This document shows, piece by piece, positions 1 to 13,420 of a stretch of DNA of 64,000 nucleotides (the stretch's first letter is position 1; each line of letters opens with the position of its first letter). The translations under genes were made by a program, and so were the position numbers. The DNA comes from Chlorokybus atmophyticus (Eukaryota > Plantae > Mesostigma and Chlorokybus algae). The notes below the pieces were generated by a model, which was not told the DNA's origin, searched no databases, and saw nothing but the letters and a program-made list of their open reading frames with translations. The DNA is taken from assembly GCA_009103225.1 (NCBI GenBank), contig RHPI01001616.1:671096-735095 (forward strand). Reading direction: 5' to 3'.

Positions 1-2614
1 GCAATTGGGAAAGGCAACCTGCGCGCCCGCGCAGAGGTCAAGCAGAAGCACAACGAGATCGGCCGCCTGGCCAAGACGTTCAACAGAATGGCGAGGCAAC
101 TGCAGCAAACTCACGCGCACCTTGAAACTTGCGTCGCACAACGCACCGAGCAGCTCGTGCATGCCAAGGGTCTCGCAGAGCAGGCGTCCGAGGCAAAGAG
201 CGCATTCCTTGCCAACGTCTCGCATGAGATACGCACCCCGGTAAGCATAAGCTAAGGGGCTTGCTCCTCTGGGTCTAAGTAATTTCGATATCAAGAATTT
301 GAGCTATTCAAGTTGTCAACCTGCAGTTGAACGGCGTGTTGGGGATGACGGAGCTGACTCTTGAGACGGATCTGAACCCGGAGCAGCGCGAGCTCCTGGC
401 ACTGGTAAGAGCCTAATTTTAGCAATTGTAATGTGTCTCACTTGCAATGACATAGTGCCTTTGAGACAGAGTTAAGAAGTGGTTGAGGTTGTGTCCGTAG
501 TTAGACCTTTCTGTTTATTGAACTGCTATTGGGGTAGCCCCTGCCCTTGAAACAAGTGCGAAGGTCAACATGCCGATGTTACGCTTCGAATGCCGTAACT
601 GCAATTGTGTCTGGCTCAACTTGAGCAGCTCTCATGCAACATGTCACAGGTCAAGTCCTCTGCACTTCACCTGCTTCATCTTCTCAAGGACATCCTCGAC
701 TTTTCGCGAATGGAGGCGCACAGCAAGCAGAAGCATCAGCCTCATGCGCTGCCATCGGTGCCAAAACCGTGCGCGGAGTTCATCGTGGTGGACCGTCTAG
801 AGCACGCGACGCAGATGCTTGGTGTCATGGCGCAAGCAAAGGGACTAGAGCTCATTTGTCGTGTGCATCCCGACGTGCCCGTACGCCTACGCGGCGACCC
901 CGACCGACTCGTGCAGATCGCCGTCAACCTGCTGAGCAACGCGGTCAAGTTCACTGATGAAGGCCAGATCATAATGGATGTGTCTGTTGTCGTAAACAGC
1001 AGCAAGCACGGGAAGGATTCCAGCAAATTGGAGCTGCGCATATGCGTGCGCGATACCGGCATGGGCGTCCCCGACAATAAGAAGCACATCCTTTTCCAGC
1101 CCTTCTCACAGGTTTTAGGGGCACCGCATTGTGTTTGCTTTGGTCTAGTTCGCTCTGTGTGTGCTTGAAGTCTAATCCATGCTTGTATGAAGGTGGATCA
1201 GTCCAGCACGCGCAAGCACGGGGGTTCTGGGCTCGGGCTTGCTATATCTGCTCGCATCGCTGCAGATATGGGCGGGAACATGTGGATGGAAGATGTGTAC
1301 CCGCATGGTGCCGCATTCTATTGCACGGCGGTCCTGGACGCTGTGCCCACACTTGAAGACGATGCTGTGCCAAGTTTCAGTGGCTTTTCCGTCCTCGTCG
1401 TGGATGACAACGCCTCCATGCGCAGTGTTCTGGCAGATATGCTCAGCAGTTGGGGCATCTCAGTCACGGCTGCTGCATGCGCCGATGAAGTGCTCAAGTT
1501 GGTCACGACGTTAAAGCAGTTTAAGCTGGCTTTAATTGATGCGGGCATGCCCGGCACAGATGGTTTCACATTGACAGAGACACTGAGGTCAGAGTGCCCG
1601 GACCTACCGGTGGTGCTGATGCTGACCTCCAGTGACATCATGCACGATGCCGCCCGGTGTCGACGGCTGCAAGTCTTTGGGTTCTTCCTGAAGGTAAGTG
1701 TGATGGATAGTTCACTATGTATGTGTACACGAACAACACGGCAAGAGTCCCATGGCTGATGACAAGCTTCCTGGGTTTGTTAGCCCATGCGGAGGTCGCT
1801 GGTGCTGCGGTTGGTTCGCAAGGCCGAGTGGCTACCACCGACAGCACCCGCAGAGTCATCAGGACAGCGGCTGCCAAAGTCATTGGACTTAAAAGTTGAT
1901 CACGAGGAGGCCAAAGAGAAAAGTAGCACACGCCAGAGCCAAGGTGTCTCTCTCAACGTGTTACTGGTAGAAGACAACAAGCTCAATGTGATGCTGGCAG
2001 TGCGGCTGATGCAGCAAGCGGGTCATCGCTCCACTGTGGCCAACCACGGCCGCAAAGCCGTTGAGCTTTTTATCAAAGGGAGCTACGATGTCATCCTCAT
2101 GGACATACAGATGCCCATCATGGATGGCCTCGAAGCTACTATGCGGATACGCGAGCTTGAGATCGAGCTCGGCAAGCCGGCAAGCCCTATCATGTGAGTT
2201 TCTGCTTGCATGCAGCTCATCTCAGACTTAACGTGCATCTTGCATGGCCTATTGTGATGGTGAGGGGAACGTTTGCAGCGCCATGACTGCGCATGCAATG
2301 CCTGGCGACAAGGAGAGGTGTCTGTCTGCAGGCATGGATGGTGAGACTGCCATCATGTTCTGCGCAGCTTCGCTTTGGATTTCCATATACCTGCACTTCC
2401 CAATGCCCGTCATTATCAACAGCAAGTTATTCGCGCAGGCTACTTGACCAAGCCAATCTCTGCAAACGAACTCACGCTGCTGCTATCCACGCTGGTACTC
2501 TCGCCCCTTGCATCCCACAAAGCAGGCACTTACTCAGCACAGTGTTCACCCACAGACTTGTCTAGCAAAAGCATACCACCTGATAAACTCAAAGCATGCG
2601 CAACCCCTTGCTGA
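1..2614 (+). CDS. Hybrid sensor histidine kinase (HAMP-HisKA-HATPase_c-REC-REC), 5'-partial, 7 exons in window
   Basis: Manual splicing gives exons 1-240, 327-404, 650-1111, 1193-1693, 1784-2193, 2279-2340, 2439-2614, all with GT..AG introns and in frame. Motifs: HAMP-like EIGRLAKTFNRMARQL; H-box FLANVSHEIRTPLNGVLG; N-box NLLSNAVKFT; G1 DTGMG; G2 GGSGLGLAI; REC1 VVDDN..LIDAGMP..LKP; REC2 LVEDN..LMDIQMP..MTA..TKP. Confidence 0.93.
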
Positions 2615-3259
2615 ATGCAGTGGCCCATCAATAGGCGGGTTAGGCAGGCCCAATAGGTGTACAGAGTAGTGGCTCCTGCAGAGTAGTGGCTTCTGTCTAG
2701 TAGAGACAGGAGCGGGACAACATTAGGGCCAATGACTTAAGGTTGTAACTTGATATAGGCCACCGCCATAGTCGTTCATGTTCTGGCTGCGGGGTGCTAC
2801 AGCCAGTGCCGCCCGACTGATAGGCAGTTAATCAATGTCGTGTCATACCTCATGGATGCCCTTGCTGCTACCCAGATACATATCATATGCTATCATGACA
2901 TGTGTGTGTTATGTACCAATGGTTTGCCAATGCATTGTCAAGTTTTATGTTGACCGCATTCGCATCATAGCATGGCTTCTCAAGTTTGCGTACATTTGAG
3001 AAGGTGTGGCTTAGGAAACGTTATTTTTTGTTGTTTATAGCCAAATTATAAGCGTGATAAGTCAGCAATAGCCACATTGGCTCATTATAGCTACTTTGAT
3101 TGAAGGCTAAATCGGTTAATGTAATTCACAACCTTCACATAATGATGCCACCGAACCATAGTTGTGATATGTAGGTGACTCGTATGCAATCCATAGCAAT
3201 CTGAAACGCAATGCTAGCTCATATTGCACTACTATTATACAAATAACAATGTGCATGAT

Positions 3260-3834
3260 TGTAACAGTCAAGGCCAAATTTTGTGATTGTCATGGCCGTT
3301 TTAGGCCTTATTTGTAAAGTACATGTTTTTTATGACTTGTGGCGGATATCGGCGAGTTATGAATCTGCCGCGGATATCAACCGGGGCCCAAGACCAGCAG
3401 CAAATTAGGAGATCTTTGGTGCGTTGAAAAGGTCTAGAAGTGTACTACAAGATTCTGCAATTATATCTTAGCTTCTAGTTCCGTCTAGCGCTAGAATCGT
3501 CTAGACAGTAGCATGTGCAGACTGGTAGGTATAAAAGTGACATTCTACAACTTGCAATACAACCTTTAGCTCCCTAGTTTCTGGTGTGCAAGCTTGGTGG
3601 TGGCTAGCAGGGGTTGCTAGCGTGTGTCCACTGGTGTGTGCTTGCTTGTGTGACGATCCAAGGCGCTACACAAGTCGGTGTGTAGCTTCGAGCGCATGCG
3701 CGTGCGTACGCGAGTGGCGGGGCGCGCGTGTGTGCTTGGCATAGGGGGCAAGGTTCCGGTGTGAATACCGTGTCTTAGTGAGAGGGTTGTTGATTGGACC
3801 AACTCACAGGTGACAAGGCACGAGCACCGTCACA
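3260..3834 (+). repeat. 5' LTR of element 1 (575 bp)
   Basis: Begins TGTAACAGTCAAGG, ends CCGTCACA, followed by the PBS. Lacks a 96-bp segment present in the 3' LTR. Confidence 0.95.
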
Positions 3835-3928
3835 ACTGGTATCGGAGCACGGTTTACGAAGGTGAGAGAGGAAGTGTGTCGGCGTTTACACTTTTCATTC
3901 GGAAGCGGAGTGTAGTGTGTTAGTGGAG

Positions 3929-4855
3929 ATGGAGGATGCTCGCATGGAAGAGCTTCAAGCTGCTATCTTAGCATTAAGAGAAGAGCTTCATCACACGCAA
4001 GCGGCGGCACAAGCACAACGCGCGGCGTATGAGCATGCGATGGCGCGTGTACAAATTTCCATGGCATCAAACTCGCGCGTGCATGTGAAGGTGCCAAAGC
4101 CCAAGCCATTCAGGGGTCAACGTGATGGAGATGCAGTGGATGAATGGATTTTTCAAGTATCGTCTTGGTTGAAGCTCACGGAGGTGCCCACGCATCTGCA
4201 CGTGGAGGTTGCAGCGACATTGCTTGAAGGTGCAGCACTTGTGTGGTGGAGGCATCGATGTACGCGTGTTGCAAACGGGTTGGCGCTACCATTGACCACC
4301 ATGGAAGAGTTGGCACTGGAGGTCAGGCATCAATTTGTTCCCGTTGAGAGCGTGAAGGCCGCACGCGACAAACTTGCAGCCCTTGTGCAAATGGGGTCGG
4401 TGATGGCGTAAACGGCCGCGTTTCAGCGATTGGTGATGTCCATACCCAATATGACGGAGGAGGAGCAGCTGGACAGGTATACACGTGGGTTAAAACCTTT
4501 GGGGCGTAAAGAAGTGGAGCTACGGGACCCAAAGACACTCGCGGAGGCTATACGCATCGCGGAGCGTCTCGACGCGTTGTACTTCAAGTCCACCACAAGA
4601 AACACTGACTGGAGGCAAAGGCATGGTGATCAGCCCCGGGGAGGCTTTCAACATGCATGGAGACGAGGAGAACCAAGTTTAGCACTTGCCAATGGAGGTG
4701 GAGCTGACGCTGGGCCTGCACCAATGGAGGTGGGTGCCATACACACGCATGGAAGTGAGGCGAAGCACGGCGGACGTGGTGAAAGAGGTAAAGGTGTGCG
4801 CAAGTGTTATGCGTGTGGGTCGACGGAGCATTTGGCGTACGGATGCCCCAAATGA
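3929..4855 (+). pseudogene. gag: gag of element 1 (one internal stop), CCHC zinc knuckle
   Basis: ORFs 3917..4411 and 4430..4855 share a frame. Retrotransposon-gag-like KPKPFRG..WIFQV..LEGAALVWW; knuckle CYACGSTEHLAYGC. Confidence 0.85.
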
Positions 4856-5010
4856 AGCACGCAAAGGCCAACACCGGATGGCAACCCTCGCCGTGATCGT
4901 CGCTTCAACACCATGGAGCAAAATAGCGTGGAGCAGGAAAACGACTTCCCCCAGTAGGTGAGGAGGCTACTGCTGGGGATAGGAAGGAGCCTCATGCACG
5001 GACGGATGCT

Positions 5011-8000
5011 GTGACATTTCCATTGAAGAAGCAAAAGGAGATGACTTTGAACGTGCCAATGGTGGTGAGTTATGCAAACGAGGAGACAACAAAGTACTTT
5101 GGGCTTCGAGCACACATTTGCGATGACCAAGGACGATGGAGAGAGTGCAAGCTCATGATTGATAGCGGTGCCAACAGCAACTTCATGAGTATTAATATCG
5201 CGCGGCGTTACGGTTGGCTTTCGTCATTACGAGGAGGTGAAGTGAAGCTCGCTGATGGAGAGCCACCCTCTGGAGGTGATGGGGCTGCGTTTATGACCAA
5301 AGAGTTGTGCGTTCGCATTGGGAAGATGAGAGGAGAACATGCGATTTTGCTGCATCACCCTACGGAACGGGTTTGACGGGATATTGGGACTACCGTGACT
5401 ATGGCAACATAATCCATCCATTAATTGGAGGAAGCGCGCGCTCACCATCGAAGGAAATGGTGAAGAATCCATTCAAGCTGCGTCGGACGTCATCGAGGCG
5501 CGGCACGCACAATCAGGTGGTACAACAATTGCCCAGATCTGTTATGTGCAATTGAGGAAGTTATTGTCTCCACGCAAGGCAAAGGCTGCATGGTTGTGCA
5601 TGGTGCGCGAAAACACTGCAAAGTCAGCACCAGAGCTGAGTGACGATGTTAAGACGGCTACGATGGACCCCGAGGTGTGTAAACTTGTTAAAAAATACCA
5701 AGATATCATGGTGGACGGACTTCCATCTGGTCTACCACCTTCATGGAGCGTATAGACCACCGTGTGGAGCTGATTGAGGGCGTGCACAAGCCACCGTATC
5801 GACCCGTATACAAGTTGTCACCTTTGGAGCTGGAAGAGGCCGAGAGGCAGGTGGCGGACTTGCTGAAAAGAAGCTACATCAGGCCTAGTAAGTCCCCCTA
5901 TGGTGCACCTATTTTGTTTGTACGAAAGAAGAACGGGAGCTTGCGCATGTGCGTCGACTACCGAGCTCTTAACAACATCACGAAGAGGAATTGCTTTCCA
6001 CTCCCACGTATCGACGAGTTGCTGGAGCAATTGCAAGGTGCGCAGTACTTCACAACACTTGATCTTGCTGGAGGTTAAACCAAATCCGCATCGCGCCCGA
6101 GGATGTGGAGAAAACAGCCTCTAACACACGTTATGGGCACTACGAGTGGTTGGTCATGTCCTTCGGACTTACGAATGCACCGGCAACATTTCAAACGCTT
6201 ATGAACAGCGTTTTTGCTGACTTGATTGGTAAGGGAATCCTCGTGTACCTCGACGACATTTTTGTGTACGCGAAAACAAAGGAGGAGCACGTGGCACTTC
6301 TACGGCGCGTGTTGCAGCGTTTGCGCGAACACAAGTTGTACGCCCAGCTACAAAAGTGCAAATTCTTGCTTCGAGAGGTGGAGTACCTAGGCCACATTGT
6401 GTCGCATGAAGGCATCAAGCCGGACCTCAACAAAGTGCAGGTGGTGCGCGAGTGGGCTTCCCCAACCAACGTAAAGGAGGTGATGTTCTTTTTAAGCCTT
6501 GCGGGGTATTATCGCAAGTTTATCATGGGGTTTTCGCGCATAGCTGCTCCCTTGACTGCCCTACTCAAGAAGGGAAAGCGTTGGAGCTGGTCAGCAACAG
6601 AGGAACATGCATTTGCTGCGTTGAAGAAGGCGCTGACGGAGGCACCAGTCCTGGCTCACCCCGACATGGAAAAGACATTTATTTTGGCTTGCGACGCGTC
6701 CGACACAGCCGTAGGAGCTGTTTTGCAGCAAGACCATGGCAACGGCCTTCAACCAGTAGCATTCTTCAGCAAGAAGATGAGTGGTGCGGAGCTGAATTAC
6801 CCCATGCACGAGAAGGAACTTTTAGCGCAAGTCATGGCGCTACGACAATGGCGCGTTTTTTTGGAAGGCAAAAAGTTCGTGCTTGAGACGGATCACTCTC
6901 CACTGAGGTACAAACACAACCTCATCTAAGTCGCAGACAAGCTTGATGGCTTGAGTTCTTTCAACTTTTTGACTTCGATATCAAGTACAAGCCCGGTACG
7001 TCAAATGGTGTTGCTGACGCGCTGAGCCGGCTTAATGCAATTGAGGCCCTGGCTCAAGTGCAGCCCGAGTGGACCGACCAGATACGGCAAGTGCTTCGTG
7101 AAGACACGGAGGGTATGAAAGTGTTGCAAGAGCTGGAAAATGCAGATACGGACACAAGTGGGCATTGGTCAATGCGCGACGGGCTGCTTTGGCACCACGG
7201 GTGCTGGTACATCCCCAACGTCGCGCATATCCGTGTGAAGTTGCTGAAGGAAGCACAACGTGCCCATTGCTGGTCACCAAGGGTTGGAGAGGACTTTGGC
7301 AAGCTTGAAGCAGCGTTTCTATTGGCGAGAGATGCATCGCGATGTGCGCGACTACGTGGCGTTGTGCGACGCATGCCAAAGGGTGAAGGCAAGCAACCAA
7401 AAGCCAGGTGGGTTGCTGCAACCTCTCCCTGTGCCATTATCCAAGTGGGAGCAAGTTACCATGGACTTTATCACGGGGCTACCAAAGACAAAAGGAGGAT
7501 ACGACGATATACTTATGTTCGTCGACAAAACCAGCAAAATAGTACGCTTGGCACCGTGTAGTGAGTCTTGCACGGCACCGGAGGCAGCACGCTTGTTCGT
7601 GTAGCATGTGTTTCGCTCTCATGGATTACCACAAAGCATTGTGAGTGATCGCGACCCGCGCTTTACAAGTAAGTTTTGGGAGGCGCTGCATGTGCATTTG
7701 GTTCCACACTGAAGTTTAGCACGGCATTCCACCCACAAACTGATGGGCAAACGGAGCGGGCTAACCGTGTAATCGAGGACATGCTGCGTTGCTACGTTAA
7801 CGCGCGACAAGACAATTGGGCGGAGCTGCTTGAGTTGGTGGAGTTTGCGATCAACAACCACCACAATGCAAGCACAGGTGCCACTCCCTTCCTTATGAAC
7901 TACGGGCAACATCTATTGACACCGTTGACGGCATGGCCACCGCAACGACATGACGTGCGTGTGGAGGCAACCAATGACTTCCTTACAAAGTGCGCGGACA

Positions 8001-8539
8001 TTAATAAGGCAGCTAGGGAGGCGCTATTGGTGGCACAAAATCGGCAGAAGCAGTACGCGGACGCGCATTGCCGACACCTCACGTTTCAGGAAGGCGACAT
8101 TGTGTTACTCTCCGCGAAGCACGTACAGGTGCGTACGGGAGTTCGCAAGCTGAATGAACGCTGGTTGGGACCATTTAAGGTCAGCAAAGTTGTCTCGGAC
8201 GTGGCGTACAAGCTGGAGCTACCCGACACCATGCGTGTGCACCTCGTTTTTCACGTCTCCCTTCTGAAAGCATATCGAGGACAACCGCCAGAAAGGCCGC
8301 CCCCCAAAGTTGGCACGGACGGTGAACCAGAGTGGGAGGTAGAAGACATTCTTGGTGAGAAGTTTGTGCATGGCGTACGCAAGTTCTTAGTGAAATGGAA
8401 GGGCTATCCGTTGCATGAAGCATCATGGGAGCCAGAGGCACACTTGACTAATGCTCGAGACGTTGTGCGTGACTATCTTGCTCGACAACATCCTCGCGAG
8501 CTTCGAGGACGAAGCTCACCTATGGGGGGAGGAGTGTAA
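5011..8539 (+). pseudogene. pol: pol of element 1 (protease, RT, RNase H, integrase, chromodomain), frameshifted
   Basis: LMIDSGANSNF (protease); CVDYRALN and VYLDDIF (RT); CDASDTAVGAVL..HEKELLA..TDHSPL (RNase H); HHCC remnant, [24 protein letters not shown] (integrase); [20 protein letters not shown] (chromodomain). Confidence 0.93.
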
Positions 8540-9207
8540 TAATCAAGGCCAAATTTTGTGATTTTCATGGCCATTTTAGGCCTTATTTGTGAGGTATCAT
8601 ATTTTTCATGACTTGTGGCGGATATCGGCGAGTTGCGAGTCTGCCGCGGATATCGACCGGGGCCCCAAGACCAGTCCGGAAGGTGCCAGAAAACGGAGGG
8701 CTAGTCGAGAAGGGCTTGACCAGATTTCTGGAAGGGCCTGGCGCCAAGTAGTATAACTTGACCATATGAGCAGCAAATTAGGAGATCTTTGGTGCGTTGG
8801 AAAGGTCTAGAAGTGTACTACAAGATCCCGCAATTATATCTTAGCTTCTAGTTCCGTCTAGCGCTAGAATCGTCTAGACAGTAGCATGTGCAGACTGGTA
8901 GGTATAAAAGTGACATTCTACAACTTGCAATACAACCTTTAGCTCCCTAGTTTCTGGTGTGCAAGCTTGGTGGTGGCTAGCAGGGGTTGCTTGCGTGTGT
9001 CCACCGGTGTGTGCTTGCTTGTGTGACGATCCAAGGCGCTACACAAGTCGGTGTGTAGCTTCGAGCGCATGCGCGTGCGTACGCGAGTGGCGGGGCGCGC
9101 GTGTGTGCTTGGCAGAGGGGGCAAGGTTCCGGTGTGAATACCGTGTCTTGGTGAGAGGGTTGTTGATTGGACCAACTCACAGGTGACAAGGCACGAGCAC
9201 CGCCACA
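8535..9207 (+). repeat. 3' LTR of element 1 (673 bp)
   Basis: Follows the PPT; TG..CA ends; followed by TSD ATGAT. Confidence 0.95.
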
Positions 9208-10910
9208 ATGATGCTACTTTCAATATTATTGGTCCTGCATATCATCATCTGTCCATTGCAGAAATGATAATAATTTTAAGAAGTTGTTTAATCCGGTTAG
9301 CTATTCCATCTACATAAAAGCTGGTTCACGACGGATATGCCTTATGAGAATGAGACGTTGAAGTATCACGATTGGTTACTAATTATTGTGGCATAGGCTG
9401 TGATGAATTAGTGATAATGAGGTGTGAGGACTCTGAGCAAAAATGCCTTATGTTTACTACTTGCAACCTATTTTATGTAAAATGGCTGACATTTTCTAAT
9501 TTTATATTGTACGTGTCGCAATATCTGAGATTAATAAAGCGCTACAAGTGCATTAATAACATGTTTTGATGTCGCTTGTTCTAGCACAAGTATTTAAAGA
9601 CACACCACAAAACTCAATTGTCACAAAAGTTTCCCTACGTCCTCAAACATGAATGCTTAAAATTGCTTTACGCTGAAGAGCTTTGACCATTTCTGCGCAT
9701 GTATATTTTCAAGCTGTTTTAAAGACCGTTGCTTATTTGTATATGTGCTATTGGATAGCACTGTAGTGCTAGTATGCCGTTCTGAAGGTTGTGCTTGCTG
9801 AGCCAGGCCCTTGCTGATAGGTTATCAGCAAGGGTTAGTGATACCCCCTCCCCCCTCAGCTCCTATATCAACATAGTTTCGATTTTGATCGGAGCCGATA
9901 CAACTTTTACATGGGCCCACAAACCCGTGCCAATACTGGCACGAAAACCCCGTACAGTACTGGCAAAAAGCAAATAATTTAAGCTAGTAACTGAATCGTA
10001 CGCAATTGAATTGTACAAACTGTGGCACTAGTTGATTTACAAACTTGCACGTATGTTGTGCAAGCCATGGCATAAGGTTAACAACACAAGTCAACAGTAG
10101 CACAAGCCAGGCCCAAGAATGGTCCGAAACAATAAGTGCCAGTATTAACAATTAAGTAAATTATTGTCACTATTGGATTTAAAATTTAAGACCCTAAGAC
10201 TAGCATGAAACCCCTAGTCTATAGAGGTTGGACCAGACACTGCCGACAGACCCGACAAAAGCTTCCATCGAGAATCTATCCAGAGTCTATACATATCTAT
10301 ACATATATTGTTGTTATATGTACATTTTGTTCATCAATGATTAATAACATACAATAATACATGCGTTTATAGCGAAATGTAAACATGTAAGCATAGCATG
10401 GTTGCAACATTTTGAACGTATGCGTAAGGTATTATCATTTATGTTGAGTACCTTGTTGGAGCAGGTATAACATTAACTAATAATGAAATACATGGACTAC
10501 CGGTAAGCCATGTAATGAGAGATGAAACCTGAACTCGTGGGTCGAGGCTTAAGCGATTGTTGGGAAGTCCGTGATACATAAAAACCATCATAAACGGCTC
10601 GCAGTTGTCAGGTGTGAAAAGTGCCTAGGGTTGTGCATTGTGCAAGGCATCTGGCGACAGTAACGCAGGTGGTGGCAGCGGGGGCGGGGGCGGCGGGGTG
10701 GGGATACTTAGCAGCGGGCGTGGGCTACGGTGCGGCGGCATGTGATATGGCTGGCGCCGGCGCTGGCCATTGTGATAGCGGCTGGCGCTGGCACTGGCGC
10801 TAGCGGATGGCAGCGGCGGCGGTATCGCACTAAGCGCTGGCGGCTTGTGGCGTGTGTGTGTGTGCGTGCTAGTGTGGCTGGTAGTGATTATTGTTCGCTA
10901 AATTAGTTTC

Positions 10911-11280
10911 TTTGTTGGAGCTTGAATGATACTCGTAGTAGGTAGGTTGTATGTGATAGTAACAACATTATTTTGTGCACCTTGATTGCATTGCTATAAG
11001 TGTGGTACTTGTGTGGTGGGCAAATGATTTTATGTGCAAAATTGCAAATCTTTAATGCATCGTATTGCATCATACAAATTTAATTTAAAGAAGCAATTGC
11101 CAGTTTTTGTTGCTAGAGCTTGAACACTACTCGTAGGTAGGTGGTATGTGATAGTAACAACATTGTTATGTTCCTCTCCTCTTTATTACATTGCTACAAG
11201 TGCTGCTTGTGTGGTAGGCAAATCACTATATGCTACGTGAAACTGCATGAATTCAAAGCAGCGTATTGTATCACACAAAT
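10911..11280. repeat. Diverged tandem duplication, ~190-bp unit
   Basis: GAGCTTGAA..ACTCGTAG..GTAGGT.GTATGTGATAGTAACAACATT..CATTGCTA.AAGTG..GGCAAAT..CAAATT occurs at ~10918 and ~11117. Confidence 0.7.
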
Positions 11281-13189
11281 TGTGTGAAAAAAGAAATAAG
11301 CAAAGCCATGCAATTTTGTGCGCATGATGAGCACGATATTGCCTACAGGCCAGGCAATCCACGGCGTGAACTTCTTGCTCTTAGCATCCATCATCTTTGC
11401 TTTGACACGCATTGTATATGGGTCTTAACAAGCTTGGCATTGTCATCCTCAAGCCTTTGCACCACTCGAAAATATTGCTTTGCTCAAGCGCTGGGTTGAA
11501 AACTTAATTCCGCAACTCAACCTCATGGCTTTGGCTTTAAAACATAATATGCCATTGCAACGGCAAGTGCATTGGGACTGTTGCTAGCTTGTGGGCTGAT
11601 GGCTAAGCTGCCTGCAATTATGCAGCCATTATCGCTGCTGCTGGCGGCTATATGTACTCGACCTTAGGGCATGCACGTTGGAGTTGAGGGTCTGAGCATG
11701 TTTTGGGCTTGTAGCGTTTGGGGACAGCGTGAATGAGGTGGGGTAGGGTACTGAAGGGCGCTCGCTAAAGCTAGAGCACACGCCAGGGCAATACCTAAAG
11801 TTAATTGATGTTTTAGTTTTTGTTGCAGGGTATGTATGGCTTTAAGCGAAATATTTGATCATGGGCTTGTGTAACGGGTTTATGTGACAACGCTTGAAGT
11901 GGTACATGTGCATGTTAGATGTTATTGCACTTAAAAATCGACCATGTCACTTTTTGGTAACCGCGCAGATTGCTATCGCAACCCAGTCGAGTGCTTACTA
12001 AGCACTGGACTGGGTTGCGACAACCCCAATTGACATGGTCGGCTGAAATGGCAATAGTGGCATAAGCACAACAACACATGTGGTGGTACAGAGACATAAA
12101 CATACCACCCACTCTCACATATGCTAACACTGGCACATGATCTTGTTGTGCCAGCGCTGATGGCACACGATCCAATCATGAAGCAGCTCTAACATGGGTT
12201 TCAGATTGTAGTCAATAACTTTAATTCTATTGAAGCCAGTGCTGATTTGGGTCAAAGGTGCCAGTTACGAATTTAGGTTTAATGTGATGGCAAAAAACCG
12301 TTTGTACCACCTTTTTTACCGGTAGGTAAGCTAGAGGCCAATAGTGGCATAAACGGTTTTGAGCCACTTACGGGGGGCTTCGAGTCTAGCCTAAGAAGGT
12401 CCCAGTACAAGCACAGTCTGTAGCCCTAATATGTTTTTAGCTAACATTGCCTTCCGATTGAAAGTTGAGCGCCGATGCCGCGCGGGAACCTTTATTTTTG
12501 TGAATCTCGCGGTTTCACCACTGATTGTTGACTTAATGGTCGTTATGCGCAGATCTATGTTGAGCCTCGAAACCCACAAGTTGATATACATCTAGTGGCT
12601 CACATTTGCTATGGCTGTATAACACAGATGCAAGGGGTTTGGGAAATATCCAATCACCAATTCAGCGGCTAAATGCCCCGTCACTTTTTACCCTTGGGCT
12701 TAACGTAATAGCTTAAACTATATTTGTGGCTGTCGTTATTATAGCTCTGCATGTAGTATTGTAGAGCATTAATTGTATGTTGGTTGCTCGTGTTGCTTAC
12801 CTCTTAATTATAATAAGGCAAAAACTCTCCGAAAGTAGTTTTGAACGTACAGCAACTGGCTATGTTTATTCTAAGGGGATGCACTGTAGTTTAATCTAGT
12901 TTGGTTGAGCAGTTTAACATAAGCTAATTGAGCGCATTGCAACACTGAAAGAGGCAAATGCAGATGTGTCTCCCTTGCATATTTTGATAACATGCTTGGT
13001 TATTACTTAATTTGCTTGCTTTCGTAACTTCCACAAGTCCTCAAACTAGCAAATGATCATCTGTGTGTAATGCTTTGTTAACAATCACATTTGCGCGTTC
13101 GCGTAAAGTACAATTCAAGCATGAATGATGAGTTGTCGATGCCAATGTCGGTGCATACCTCAATAACATTCACATGATCCTCAACCCCA

Positions 13190-13420
13190 GCCCTGACCCC
13201 CATCTCATTCAGACCCCGACTTCAACCTTTTTAGCACCCGCATCCTGACTTCCACCCCGACCCCTACCCTCACCCTCACCCGGACCCCCACCTCAATTTC
13301 ACCCAGTTCTGACCCCCAACCCCAACCCCGACCCCAACCCCGACCCTAACCCCCACCCCAACCCTCACCCATAACTAGACCCTAAACCCCACCAAAACTA
13401 TGACCCTGACGCCGACCCTT
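13190..13420. repeat. Degenerate C-rich hexamer array (CCCCAA/CCCGAC/CCCTAA/CCCTCA), telomere-like
   Basis: Six-nt periodicity is visible, e.g. CCCCAACCCCAACCCCGACCCCAACCCCGACCCTAACCCCCACCCCAACCCTCACCC. Confidence 0.6.

Larger units (their letters stand above)
3260..9207 (+). mobile_element. Ty3/Gypsy chromovirus-type LTR retrotransposon 1, full length, decayed
   Basis: TG..CA LTRs at 3260-3834 and 8535-9207; 5-bp TSD ATGAT (3255-3259 / 9208-9212); PBS TGGTATCGGAGC 3837-3848; PPT GGGGGGAGGAG 8524-8534; domain order gag-PR-RT-RH-INT-chromodomain. Confidence 0.96.

Noticed and set aside
2746-2848. Possible tiny solo LTR (TGTAAC..GTGTCA)
   Set aside because: No TSD and no second copy in the window.
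9300-13100. Short ORFs in the AT-rich interval
   Set aside because: No recognisable motifs, frequent stops and no consistent exon chain.
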